A stretch of DNA of 44,253 bases from Promethearchaeota archaeon (GTDB lineage: Archaea > Asgardarchaeota > Lokiarchaeia > Sigyniarchaeales > SOKP01), in contig JBHLNZ010000026.1 of the NCBI GenBank assembly GCA_048941015.1, positions 1-44,253 of the forward strand, written 5' to 3'. The notes beneath the pieces were generated by a model. That model saw nothing but the letters and a program-made list of their open reading frames with translations. It searched no databases and had not been told where the DNA came from. The first letter of the stretch is position 1; the number at the start of each line of letters is the position of its first letter. The position numbers and the translations under genes were made by a program. Positions 1 to 9,042 of this stretch are shown here, one piece after another.

Positions 1-476
1 TAGGTTTTTACTAATTGTTCATTATTCTTTAGAAGTTCTTTATATTCTTCTTCGAGATTTTCCTTACTCTCCTTTGTAATTTGTAATCTCTCTTCTAGAT
101 TTTGCATCTCTTCATTTTTTCGATTATAGCGATCTTCAAGTGCCTTAGTTGTTTCTTCAATAGCAGCTAAGTACTCTTCTTTATCATCAATTTTTTTTGT
201 GATTGAATTTAATTTATTTTCTGCCTCTATAAGAGCATCGCTGATTTCTCCTAACTCTCTTTTTTCTGTTTCTTTTTCTTCTTCTTCAGATTCGCCATTC
301 TTAATTGTTCCAGATATATTTTCTATACTATCTTCAAAGGTTCTTAACTTTTTATCAATTAAGTCTCTTGAATTTTTAGCTTTTGAAAGATATTCTTTAT
401 CAATTTTTTCTATTTCTCTTTCAGATTTACTTTCAGATTTGCTATTCTTTTCCTCTTCGTTAAGCTCATCAGTCAT
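1..476 (-). CDS. Long coiled-coil protein, partial (runs off the window edge)
   Basis: ATG at 476; open frame MTDELNEEEKNSKSESKSEREIEKIDKEYLSKAKNSRDLIDKKLRTFEDSIENISG... is E/K-rich and heptad-like with no stop before base 1. Absent from the ORF track; the 199..498 + ORF is its antisense shadow. Confidence 0.8.
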   Translation of the reverse strand, partial: MTDELNEEEKNSKSESKSEREIEKIDKEYLSKAKNSRDLIDKKLRTFEDSIENISGTIKNGESEEEEKETEKRELGEISDALIEAENKLNSITKKIDDKEEYLAAIEETTKALEDRYNRKNEEMQNLEERLQITKESKENLEEEYKELLKNNEQLVKT

Positions 477-982
477 AATTATAGTTTATAAACATTAGAT
501 AGTATTTAATTAAGTAAAAATAGAATATTAACTTTGAATTTAATTTTTATTAGAGTAGAAAAAACGGGAATATTTTTGATCAAATCGATTTCTATATAGA
601 GCGTTTATTATATACATCTTTTAACCATCCTTATAAGATATACAATTTACCTATATTTAAACTTTTAACTTTTTCTATGTAAAAAAAGAAGTGGTTAATT
701 ATTCAAACCATAAATTTATATATGAGTAGCTTTTGTAAGATTTTTTTTTCCTATTTGAATTAAAGAAGAAATCATAAATTAAGCATAAATTTGTATTTAG
801 ATTAAAAAGTTTAGATTAAATATAATAATAGATATACTTTTTATGAATTTTTTCTTCTTAAATGAAAGGAACCTGTAATTTTTTTAATTATTTTCTTCAT
901 TTATTACTAGAATTAAGATATCAATTCTTTATAATAATTTATATTAATATTGACAAAATATTATTCTCTTTTCGCTAACAAA

Positions 983-2482
983 TCATTTTTGCTTAATTAA
1001 TTTTATTTTAATATATAAATAAAATACTCTTGGACCGAATGTAGCTAAAGCATAAAAGTTTTCTCTATTTCCTATTTCTAAATTTCCATTTACAACCGGT
1101 ATTGTTATTTGTCGATTTCCATAAGTACTAGCTAACTCATGATCGTAATAATTAAAGTCTGCTCTATTTTCTAAAGCTCTTACGGTATGTAAAAATTGAG
1201 ATGTATTCTGATTTGAGATTTCTGAAAATTTATAATGTAAATCAAGGTAATTTCCAAATTCATGTTCATTTATAATCAATGGAATCGTTGTATGATAAGA
1301 TTTAATAAAAATTTCTCCATTTTTAGCATTTAAGTTCTTTGGGATGGTTGAAAATACTTCTTTGATTGTATCTGTCAAAAAGATAAGTTGTGTTACGCTA
1401 TAACTTCTCATCTTAATTTTATATTCATAAATTATTTCATTCTGGTTTTCAATTTCTTGTATTTTGTCGAGATTTCGTACGGGATTAAATTTTTGAAGTT
1501 CAATATTAACAACGGGTTTGAAAATAGAAAAATTTAATCTATTTAAATTACGAAAAGCCCATGTTCTTAGTAAGCATTTATGAGAAAATGGTAAATTTTC
1601 AGTAGCTTCTAAAAAACCTCTAAATATTTGAGATATTTCTAAACTAGGGGTTGCGCTTCCAATTGTTAATCTATACCACGCATTTTGAGTGAACCCTTTA
1701 AAACCAAATAATTGATTAAAACAATCTGAGGGTGTCATTCCCCCAAATGTACGTGGATCAACTTCAATCCATAAATTATTAAAATATTTCATCAGTTGAT
1801 AATAACGAGAAACATCATTAGAGAGATCTAATCCACTAAGAATTAGATACAGATCCATATGTTTAGATAAAAACGATTTAATTTTTTCATATGAAACATA
1901 TTCAGGATAATTTGAAGGAAGAGAGAGATTGCCAATATCAATTTTAAGAAAAAAATTATTTAATTTACAATAATTGAGAACTTCATTAAATTTTGCATTA
2001 TTTTCATTATTAATATCTAATTTAGTGAATGAAGGAAAAACAACTATTCCTACTATAGGAATTTCTCTACTCATCTTTTCAATTTTAGATATAATGTTTT
2101 CTTCTGGTGATTTTTCTGAGCAATCAAAAGATAAAATTCCTTTAAAAGTATTTGGTTTCATTTTGACAACAGATTGGACATCTAGATTGGAAATACCGTA
2201 ATTCCTCCCCAAATCCATGGCTTGAATTAAACCATAGTCGATATTTGAACAATTTAATTCAATTATTTCATCTTCAATACTTATATTTCGAATGTAAAAT
2301 AGGTCTCTTTCTTCAGTATTCTTTAATTTTAATAGGTTTTGTAATAATGAAGATTTTTTAATATCTTTAAAGATAGGCCATATAAGGCTATCTATTTGTC
2401 CATATAGAAAGGGATTTGAAAATGCTTCTCCAAAAATGCATCTAAAGTCTGGTAGGTATAACCTTTCCATAAAAATCAACAA
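983..2482 (-). CDS. Amidohydrolase_2-like domain (degenerate) fused to a C-terminal YjbQ/UPF0047 domain; true start may be ATG 2470
   Basis: C-terminal HTTIPLIINEHE and LEIGNRENFYALATFGPR match YjbQ motifs (HTTAxLxINE, LGTWQ..DGPR). The N-terminal part resembles an amidohydrolase barrel (GIVVFP, NLWIEV, RLTIGSATP, NLNRL). Confidence 0.6.
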   Translation of the reverse strand: MLIFMERLYLPDFRCIFGEAFSNPFLYGQIDSLIWPIFKDIKKSSLLQNLLKLKNTEERDLFYIRNISIEDEIIELNCSNIDYGLIQAMDLGRNYGISNLDVQSVVKMKPNTFKGILSFDCSEKSPEENIISKIEKMSREIPIVGIVVFPSFTKLDINNENNAKFNEVLNYCKLNNFFLKIDIGNLSLPSNYPEYVSYEKIKSFLSKHMDLYLILSGLDLSNDVSRYYQLMKYFNNLWIEVDPRTFGGMTPSDCFNQLFGFKGFTQNAWYRLTIGSATPSLEISQIFRGFLEATENLPFSHKCLLRTWAFRNLNRLNFSIFKPVVNIELQKFNPVRNLDKIQEIENQNEIIYEYKIKMRSYSVTQLIFLTDTIKEVFSTIPKNLNAKNGEIFIKSYHTTIPLIINEHEFGNYLDLHYKFSEISNQNTSQFLHTVRALENRADFNYYDHELASTYGNRQITIPVVNGNLEIGNRENFYALATFGPRVFYLYIKIKLIKQK

Positions 2483-2598
2483 GCTTAGGTAATTTTTAAA
2501 TTTTTTATCACAAGCAATTATAAATTAATAAATTTAATTAAGAAAATCAAATAATAATTATCAAATTCATTTCAACTAATTCCCCTAATTAAATCAAA

Positions 2599-4599
2599 AT
2601 GATTAATTTAAATAAAGGGAAATTTCCCATTATTATCAACCCTAATCTAGGACAACCATTATTTATTAATATAATGGATTACCTAGACAAAGAAGGTAAG
2701 TTTGAGAAGAAAGTGATTATCGAAACTCTCATAATTACAATTCCAAATCAGGCTACTCAGGAAATTCTTGAGTATTTTTATTCTAATATTTTTATTCAAC
2801 CTATTCTAAAAGATATAGGTGAATTTGAAGAAAGAAGAGGAGAAAAATATTTATTAAAATTAATTGAAATTGAAAAAATTGAAAATTTAGATTTTAGAGA
2901 CCAGCCTATCCTTGATACAGAGAGTTGTATTACATGGGATATCTTCAATAGTGTATTAAAAATAAAGAATGTCTTTGGCAAAAGAAAAGAACTACACAAA
3001 ATAAAGTTCGAAATTGAAATTCAAGATATTAAAAAAATACAAACAGAATTAAAGAAATCTGGAAGAAATTTTTTCCTATTTGATATAATTCATGATGTCC
3101 CAAATATGATGCAGAATAAAGTCAATTATCACAGCATTGCGATATTTAATAAGGATTGGAAAAACTTTAACTTTATTCACGCGTCTGATTTCCATGTAGC
3201 TCGTAGAAACGATTTCATTATAAACTTTCTTAAAGAAAAAGTTCGATCAAAAATTGCTAAATATGAGGGAAAGGAAAAGAAACTTAGAAAAATTAATAAA
3301 TTCATATTGAAAAGAAGTTTTGAATTTAAAGAAGAGATCCATGAGGAGAAATATGAAGAGTTGAGATGGGCAAAATATAACTTTAATTTTAATCTAAGAA
3401 TGTTAATTGAATTTATAAATTCAAAAGTAATGAATAATAATCTCGATTTTGTTTTAATGACAGGGGATTTAATAGATTATTTGAATATTGCTAGAGGAAA
3501 TGATCAATTTAAAAATAATTTTGAAGTTATTCTTGAAATTTTACTTGGAATTAATAGGGATTTAGAAAAGCCACCATATTTAGGAAAAGATGATGAGCTA
3601 GTTAATAAGAAAGAAATACTTGCTCCAATCTTTACAATCGTGGGCAATCACGACTATCGAAAAGGTCATTACGGTTTACGTTTTGCTAAAATACATAAGA
3701 TTTTTGGTATGACTAGATCTGATATTAAAGGGTATAATGATACTAATTTTTTTAATTATATTTTTGCTCTTTATTCAAGAGACAAAATCTTGAAAGATTA
3801 TTTTAGACTTTTTAACTCTAATTTGAATTATAAAGTCAAAATAGGTAGTAGATTTAATTTCATTTTTCTCGATACTGGACAGGATTCAATAGCAGATATG
3901 CATGATTTATTGAAAGGAGGACCAAGTACAAAAGGAATTAAAGAATATCAAATTGATTTATTGCGCTCTTACATAAAATTATCACACGATGAAAAAGTGA
4001 TAGTTGTAATGCATACTCCTCCCATTTCCCCAAGTTTGGGTTCTTCAAAAAGAAGAAAGTTTAAAAAAAAATTTAATATAAAAAATCGATCTTTGAAATG
4101 GAGTGATTTTTATGAGGAGAATCTAAAAGAGTTTGAGGAAACAGGGAGATTAGACAAAGTCCTAAATTTAAAATTTGAAACGATTATGTATAACTGGGCG
4201 ACTCTGTTAAAAATTTTTACGGGATCGGATAAAGTAGTAAGAAGAAAAGTAGATCTTGTTCTGTGTGGGCACACGCATACTTTAAAAGAATATAGATTAA
4301 GAGAAGCTAAAGAAACCGAGAGAATAAATTTTGGATTTCTTTTCTTTCCCATTTACATTGAAATTCCCTGTGAAATATATACTTCTAATTATAGAAAGAA
4401 ATTTAATCAATTTGATGATAAAGAAGATTTGAAGATCTGGTTTGATGTGAATAAACCATTTGTTTTACAGACACAAGCTGTGGGTCCTATCTCCGCTTTA
4501 TATAAATATAAACCACCAGGATTTAGATTCTATGCAATAGAAAATGATCAAATCACAAATGCTAAAGTCTATTCATTACATTTAAAAAATAATTACTAA
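2599..4599 (+). CDS. Large calcineurin-like metallophosphoesterase
   Basis: All five motifs present: SDFH, GDLID, GNHD, MHTPP, GHTH; about 190-aa N-terminal extension and K-rich insertions. Confidence 0.85.
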   Translation: MINLNKGKFPIIINPNLGQPLFINIMDYLDKEGKFEKKVIIETLIITIPNQATQEILEYFYSNIFIQPILKDIGEFEERRGEKYLLKLIEIEKIENLDFRDQPILDTESCITWDIFNSVLKIKNVFGKRKELHKIKFEIEIQDIKKIQTELKKSGRNFFLFDIIHDVPNMMQNKVNYHSIAIFNKDWKNFNFIHASDFHVARRNDFIINFLKEKVRSKIAKYEGKEKKLRKINKFILKRSFEFKEEIHEEKYEELRWAKYNFNFNLRMLIEFINSKVMNNNLDFVLMTGDLIDYLNIARGNDQFKNNFEVILEILLGINRDLEKPPYLGKDDELVNKKEILAPIFTIVGNHDYRKGHYGLRFAKIHKIFGMTRSDIKGYNDTNFFNYIFALYSRDKILKDYFRLFNSNLNYKVKIGSRFNFIFLDTGQDSIADMHDLLKGGPSTKGIKEYQIDLLRSYIKLSHDEKVIVVMHTPPISPSLGSSKRRKFKKKFNIKNRSLKWSDFYEENLKEFEETGRLDKVLNLKFETIMYNWATLLKIFTGSDKVVRRKVDLVLCGHTHTLKEYRLREAKETERINFGFLFFPIYIEIPCEIYTSNYRKKFNQFDDKEDLKIWFDVNKPFVLQTQAVGPISALYKYKPPGFRFYAIENDQITNAKVYSLHLKNNY

Positions 4600-4609
4600 A
4601 CTTTTTCTT

Positions 4610-5581
4610 TCAAATTAAATCATCATTTAATTTCATGAAATCAATGACTTCTTTAAATGTGGTTTCTGTCATAGGACTGAAAAATTTGACTTTTAAAGCA
4701 CCTACAGCGTTAGCAAATCTAGCAACCTTCATTAAATCCCATCCTGCTAGATAACCAACGATAAAAGCACCTCCAAATGAATCTCCTGCACCAGTTGGAT
4801 TTTTTTCTTCTACCTTATAGCCCTTAATTTTGATTCCATCAATATTTTCTTTAGAAAATACCGTACATCCTTCTTTTCCTTGTTTTAATACTACAATGCT
4901 AGGTCCCATTTTCAATAAATTTTTACAAGCTGAAGTTTCTCCCTCAGTACCAGCTAACATAACTGCCTCTTCCTCACTCGGTAATAAAATGTTAGTACTT
5001 TCTAATACTGGTTTACAAATTTTTAAGATAATATTTAAATCAAGCATCTCAGGTCTTAAGTTTGGATCAAATGAAATAATGACATTTGGATTAATTTTTT
5101 TAGCTAAATTTATAGCTTTATAACATGTTTCTCTTGAATTTTCACTTATCGAGAGCGCACTTCCCATTATATGGAGGGCTTTAATATCGGAGAAGTAAGA
5201 TTTTTTAATATCAAATGGAGACGTTTCACCGGCAGCTCCCCCCGCAAATATAAATTTCCTCGTACCGTCTGAATTATATTGATTAAAAGCAATACCTGTA
5301 GTATTATTTTTAGAAATTCTTATTTTGCTAATATCTACTCCATCATTTTTTAACTTCTTAAGGAGAGTTAACCCAAAAGAATCATCACCAACAACACCTA
5401 TAAATCCAGTTGTAAAACCTAATTCTTTTGACATTCGAGCAGCAGAATCAATAAAAATGGCAGGTGCTCCACTAGGGAATGGCCCTTTATATAAGCCTCC
5501 AACTATGTCATGAGGTATATTTACTTCAGTTCTCATTATTTCAACAAGTAATTCACCTAAAGAGATTATATTTGGTCCCAT
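4610..5581 (-). CDS. PfkB/ribokinase-family sugar kinase
   Basis: GELLVE, SGAPA, VGDDSFG, FDPNLRP, NPTGAGDSFGGAF. Confidence 0.92.
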   Translation of the reverse strand: MGPNIISLGELLVEIMRTEVNIPHDIVGGLYKGPFPSGAPAIFIDSAARMSKELGFTTGFIGVVGDDSFGLTLLKKLKNDGVDISKIRISKNNTTGIAFNQYNSDGTRKFIFAGGAAGETSPFDIKKSYFSDIKALHIMGSALSISENSRETCYKAINLAKKINPNVIISFDPNLRPEMLDLNIILKICKPVLESTNILLPSEEEAVMLAGTEGETSACKNLLKMGPSIVVLKQGKEGCTVFSKENIDGIKIKGYKVEEKNPTGAGDSFGGAFIVGYLAGWDLMKVARFANAVGALKVKFFSPMTETTFKEVIDFMKLNDDLI

Positions 5582-5758
5582 TTCAACTCAATTTTTAATA
5601 ATATCAATAGTAATTATAAATTTCAATTAAAATTTAAATTTAAATACAGTATAATTATGAGAGCTTTTAAAGGAAATTAAAGTTTTAAATTGTTTAACAA
5701 TTAATACAATTTATAATATAAAAAATATAATAATTTTAAGGTAAAAAGGGGTAGAATA

Positions 5759-6793
5759 TTGGTATTAAAGACGGATATAACCGAAATGTTTGGCATTAAA
5801 TACCCAATTATAGCTGCTCCTATGGGTCCTTTTTATACTACAGAATTGACAGTTGCAGTTTCTGAAGCAGGAGGATTAGGAGTTTTAAGTCATACTAATT
5901 TATTTGGAAAAAGTAGTATGCAAGAAATGAAAAAAAATATGGAATATGTTATAGAGCATACTGATAAGCCTTTTGGTTTTAATATCAGAACTGCTAGGTT
6001 ACAAGTGGATGCTCCAGGTTTATGTAGAGGTATTCCAAGATTTATTAGAGATAATCCAAAATTAAGAGAACAATGCATTTATGTAGTTACAAGTGCAGGT
6101 ACACCTAAAATGATGCAGAACAATGCATTTCAAAAATTAAAGGATGCGGGTTCAAATATTAAACACTTTCATGTAGCTCCTGCGTTATGGCTTGCGGATA
6201 AATGTTTTAATGCTGGGGTTGATGGTATGGTTGTAACTGGCTGGGAAGGAGGAGGACATCAGTCGTATGAAAAAATAAGTACATTAGTGTTACTCCAACA
6301 AGTAAAACACAAATATCCTGATACTCCATTGATAGCTTGTGGAGGTTATGCTAGTGGAGAGGGTTTAGCAGGAGCTTTAGCAATGGGAGCAGGAGGTATC
6401 GCCATGGGATCGAGATTTATTGCCTCCAAAGAAAGTGAATTTCATGAAAATTATAAAGCAGTTGTACCAAATGCTAAAGCAAGTGATACTGAATATTGTT
6501 TAGGTGTACTTGGTCCAATTCGCTTATGGAGAAATAAATATGCCTTATCTCATGAACCAGTTTCAAGTAAAGATGAGAAATTAGCAATGGAAGCTAATTT
6601 AACCCCTGAAAAAGCTTTGGAAGACCAGAAACATTATGAAATGGTTTATGAAGGAGATATTGAACAAGGAGCAGTACTTTTGGGACAAAGCATTGGATTA
6701 ATAAATTCAATTGATAATGTTAAGGAAATTCTTGAAAATATTAGTAAATCAGCAGAAAAATACCTATCAAGTGTTTCTAAAATAATAAGTTAA
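5759..6793 (+). CDS. Nitronate monooxygenase / FabK-like FMN-dependent oxidoreductase
   Basis: YPIIAAPM, VSEAGGLG, GWEGGGH, IACGG, MGSRF, GQSIGLI; TTG start. Confidence 0.88.
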   Translation: MVLKTDITEMFGIKYPIIAAPMGPFYTTELTVAVSEAGGLGVLSHTNLFGKSSMQEMKKNMEYVIEHTDKPFGFNIRTARLQVDAPGLCRGIPRFIRDNPKLREQCIYVVTSAGTPKMMQNNAFQKLKDAGSNIKHFHVAPALWLADKCFNAGVDGMVVTGWEGGGHQSYEKISTLVLLQQVKHKYPDTPLIACGGYASGEGLAGALAMGAGGIAMGSRFIASKESEFHENYKAVVPNAKASDTEYCLGVLGPIRLWRNKYALSHEPVSSKDEKLAMEANLTPEKALEDQKHYEMVYEGDIEQGAVLLGQSIGLINSIDNVKEILENISKSAEKYLSSVSKIIS

Positions 6794-6859
6794 AAATCTT
6801 TAAATTAAATTTTTTTCTATTTATAATAATTCTTTGATTAAAAATTAGAAATCTGAAAT

Positions 6860-7099
6860 ATGAAGGCAAAACAAAAAATTGAATTAATTTCAGAAATTTT
6901 AGAACGTTATGATGAAGGAGTCTGTTTTTACTGTGGAAGTATGTTAAATGGTGATTTAGAAGCAGATGACTATGATGAGGGTTATTCGGAGGATTGGTGC
7001 CCCGAATGTTGCAAAAATGTTGATCCAAACGACGATTGGGAAGAATCTTGTATAGAAGCAATAGATAAAGTTATTCACGACAGACCTTTTGAACCTTAA
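6860..7099 (+). CDS. Small acidic zinc-finger protein
   Basis: CFYC...CPECC pair in a 79-aa D/E-rich ORF that fits the gap between co-oriented genes. Confidence 0.7.
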   Translation: MKAKQKIELISEILERYDEGVCFYCGSMLNGDLEADDYDEGYSEDWCPECCKNVDPNDDWEESCIEAIDKVIHDRPFEP

Positions 7100-7134
7100 A
7101 AAATGATTTAATATAAATTAAATAGTTAAAAAGT

Positions 7135-7611
7135 ATGTCAGAAAATAGAAAGGAAATTGGTCCATATGATTATATGAATTATTTTATGAGTAAAGCTGCG
7201 CTTTTAGTTTCTATGGATCATCAAGGAACAGCGAATGTTATGGCTTTATTATGGAAAACAATAGGAGAATTATGGATGAGACCGATAATCACGGTAGCTG
7301 TTTCTCCTTCCCGCTATACATTTGAATTATTAACAACTGGGATTAATGAATTTACTATAAATATACCATCAAAAAAAATAGAAAATGCCATAGAGATAAC
7401 TGGTTCATATTCCGGAAGAAATGTAGATAAATTTAAAAAAATCGGTTTAATAACTATAGATGGTAAGAGAACAAAAATTCCAACAATTAAAGATTGTATA
7501 CTCAATTATGAATGTAAAATCATTCACAGTTGTAAGTCAGGGAGTATGGCAAGTCATCATTTATTTTTTGGTGAGATTTTAACTGCTTTTGCATCAACGG
7601 ATATAATTTAA
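7135..7611 (+). CDS. Flavin reductase-like (DIM6/NTAB) FMN-binding protein
   Basis: ANVM, SRYT, EFTINIP, GSYSGRNVDKF, ECK, HHLFFGEI. Confidence 0.88.
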   Translation: MSENRKEIGPYDYMNYFMSKAALLVSMDHQGTANVMALLWKTIGELWMRPIITVAVSPSRYTFELLTTGINEFTINIPSKKIENAIEITGSYSGRNVDKFKKIGLITIDGKRTKIPTIKDCILNYECKIIHSCKSGSMASHHLFFGEILTAFASTDII

Positions 7612-7623
7612 CAGAAACCAAAA

Positions 7624-8061
7624 TTAATTTTCTTTCAAATCTTCACAGAAGCAATTATTCGAATTCAAAATATTCTCTCCGCAGGGACATTCTTTTGGGT
7701 GACCATATTTCTCACATATTTTATTTATTGTATTACAAGAGAAAAGTAAGTTAAATTTTTCACTTTCCTCATGCGCTTCTTCAGCTCTTAAATTTAACTC
7801 TTTAAAGAGTAAAAGTTCAAGGAGTTGTGCATGGCGTATTAACTCTTTTGCTAAATCTATCCCTTTATTAGAGAGAATAACTGGTTTATATCTTTCATAT
7901 ATCACTAGTTTCTCATTTTCTAAGCGCTTAACGCAGCTACCTATTGTAGAGTGAGGCAATTTAAGATTTCTTGCTAATTGTCCCACTTTTAAAAATTTTG
8001 AAGAGCGATATAAAATTTTTAATATTTTATAATCTATATCCAGCATTATTAAAATAGGCAA
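7624..8061 (-). CDS. DtxR/MntR-family metal-dependent transcriptional regulator
   Basis: wHTH (LARNLKLPHSTI..VKRLE), IRHAQLLE, AHEESEK, GHPKECPCG; no FeoA domain; directly downstream of a ZIP transporter. Confidence 0.88.
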   Translation of the reverse strand: MPILIMLDIDYKILKILYRSSKFLKVGQLARNLKLPHSTIGSCVKRLENEKLVIYERYKPVILSNKGIDLAKELIRHAQLLELLLFKELNLRAEEAHEESEKFNLLFSCNTINKICEKYGHPKECPCGENILNSNNCFCEDLKEN

Positions 8062-8084
8062 TTTTTCATTTTTTGGGTTGTTTA

Positions 8085-8840
8085 TTAATGTTGATGAATA
8101 CTTAAGATAATAATTGATGCCATTGTAGCTACTCCGATTAGTATTAACACGAACTGGCGAATTCCATACTTTATATTAGCATGCTGATGCAATTCAGGAG
8201 TTAAATCTGTTAAAGCAATGTATATAAAACTTGAAGCAGAGATTGCTAGTAAATAAGGAATCACTGACGAAATAAGATCAAGTATATAATAGCTAATTAT
8301 AGCAGAAATAATAGTTGTTAAACTTGATATAGAATTTAGAATAAAGGCTTTTTTCCTCGAATATCCACCATGCAGAAGGATTCCAAAATCTCCTGTTTCT
8401 TGAGGAATCTCATGAATTAAGATCGAAATCCCTACAGCAATACCTAATGTAAAATTTGTTAAAAAAGCGGCAGCAATGACAATACCATCCGTAAAATTGT
8501 GTACTGCATCACCAACTAACACGATTGGTCCAGCCGCACTATGTACTTCACATACTTCATCTTGACAATTTCGCCATATAATAATTTTTTCTAGAAAAAA
8601 GAAAAATAGGATTCCTCCAAGTACAAATGGCATAATAATATGAGTTTCATTTCCAGAACTTTCTATTGCCTCAGGGATTAACCCAAATAATGATGCAGTC
8701 AATAATATTCCAATAGCATAAGAAATCAAAATATTTATCATTAACTTTTGAGTTTTCTCACTGAAGAGCATGAAAATTGCTGCTGCACATATTGCTCCTA
8801 CACTTCCTAAAATGCTAAATATTATTATCCAAAATAAAAT
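8085..8840 (-). CDS. ZIP-family divalent metal transporter; start extended to ATT 8840 (ORF track gives ATG 8771)
   Basis: GDAVHNFTDG, HEIPQETGDF, YIALTDLTPEL. The in-frame upstream segment ILFWIIIFSILGSVGAICAAAIF supplies TM1, with a GAAGTGA SD-like motif 7 nt upstream. Confidence 0.88.
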   Translation of the reverse strand: MLFWIIIFSILGSVGAICAAAIFMLFSEKTQKLMINILISYAIGILLTASLFGLIPEAIESSGNETHIIMPFVLGGILFFFFLEKIIIWRNCQDEVCEVHSAAGPIVLVGDAVHNFTDGIVIAAAFLTNFTLGIAVGISILIHEIPQETGDFGILLHGGYSRKKAFILNSISSLTTIISAIISYYILDLISSVIPYLLAISASSFIYIALTDLTPELHQHANIKYGIRQFVLILIGVATMASIIILSIHQH

Positions 8841-8908
8841 TATTTTTTCACTTCAGATTTGGGTTTTTTTTAATATAATTTAAATAATCATATTTAGACT
8901 AAAAAATT

Positions 8909-8924
8909 TTACGATATGTCGTAA
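8909..8924. promoter_or_regulatory. Palindromic operator TTACGA-TATG-TCGTAA, candidate DtxR/MntR site
   Basis: Perfect 6-bp arms flanked by AT tracts, about 70 bp upstream of the ZIP-DtxR operon. Confidence 0.55.
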
Positions 8925-9042
8925 TTTTAATTTTATAAATAAAAAACAAATTTAGCAAACAGAGAATTTAATTATTTAAAGAATCAATAATACAATGTAT
9001 ATTTAGTTTAATGATTTTATTGAAAAATTTGAGGTTAAAAAT

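Noticed and set aside
199-498. 99-aa S/F/L-rich + strand ORF
   Set aside because: Antisense shadow of the E/K-rich coiled-coil gene at 1..476 (-).
477-982. Replication origin
   Set aside because: No ORB-like G-string repeats and no cdc6/orc1 gene visible in the window.
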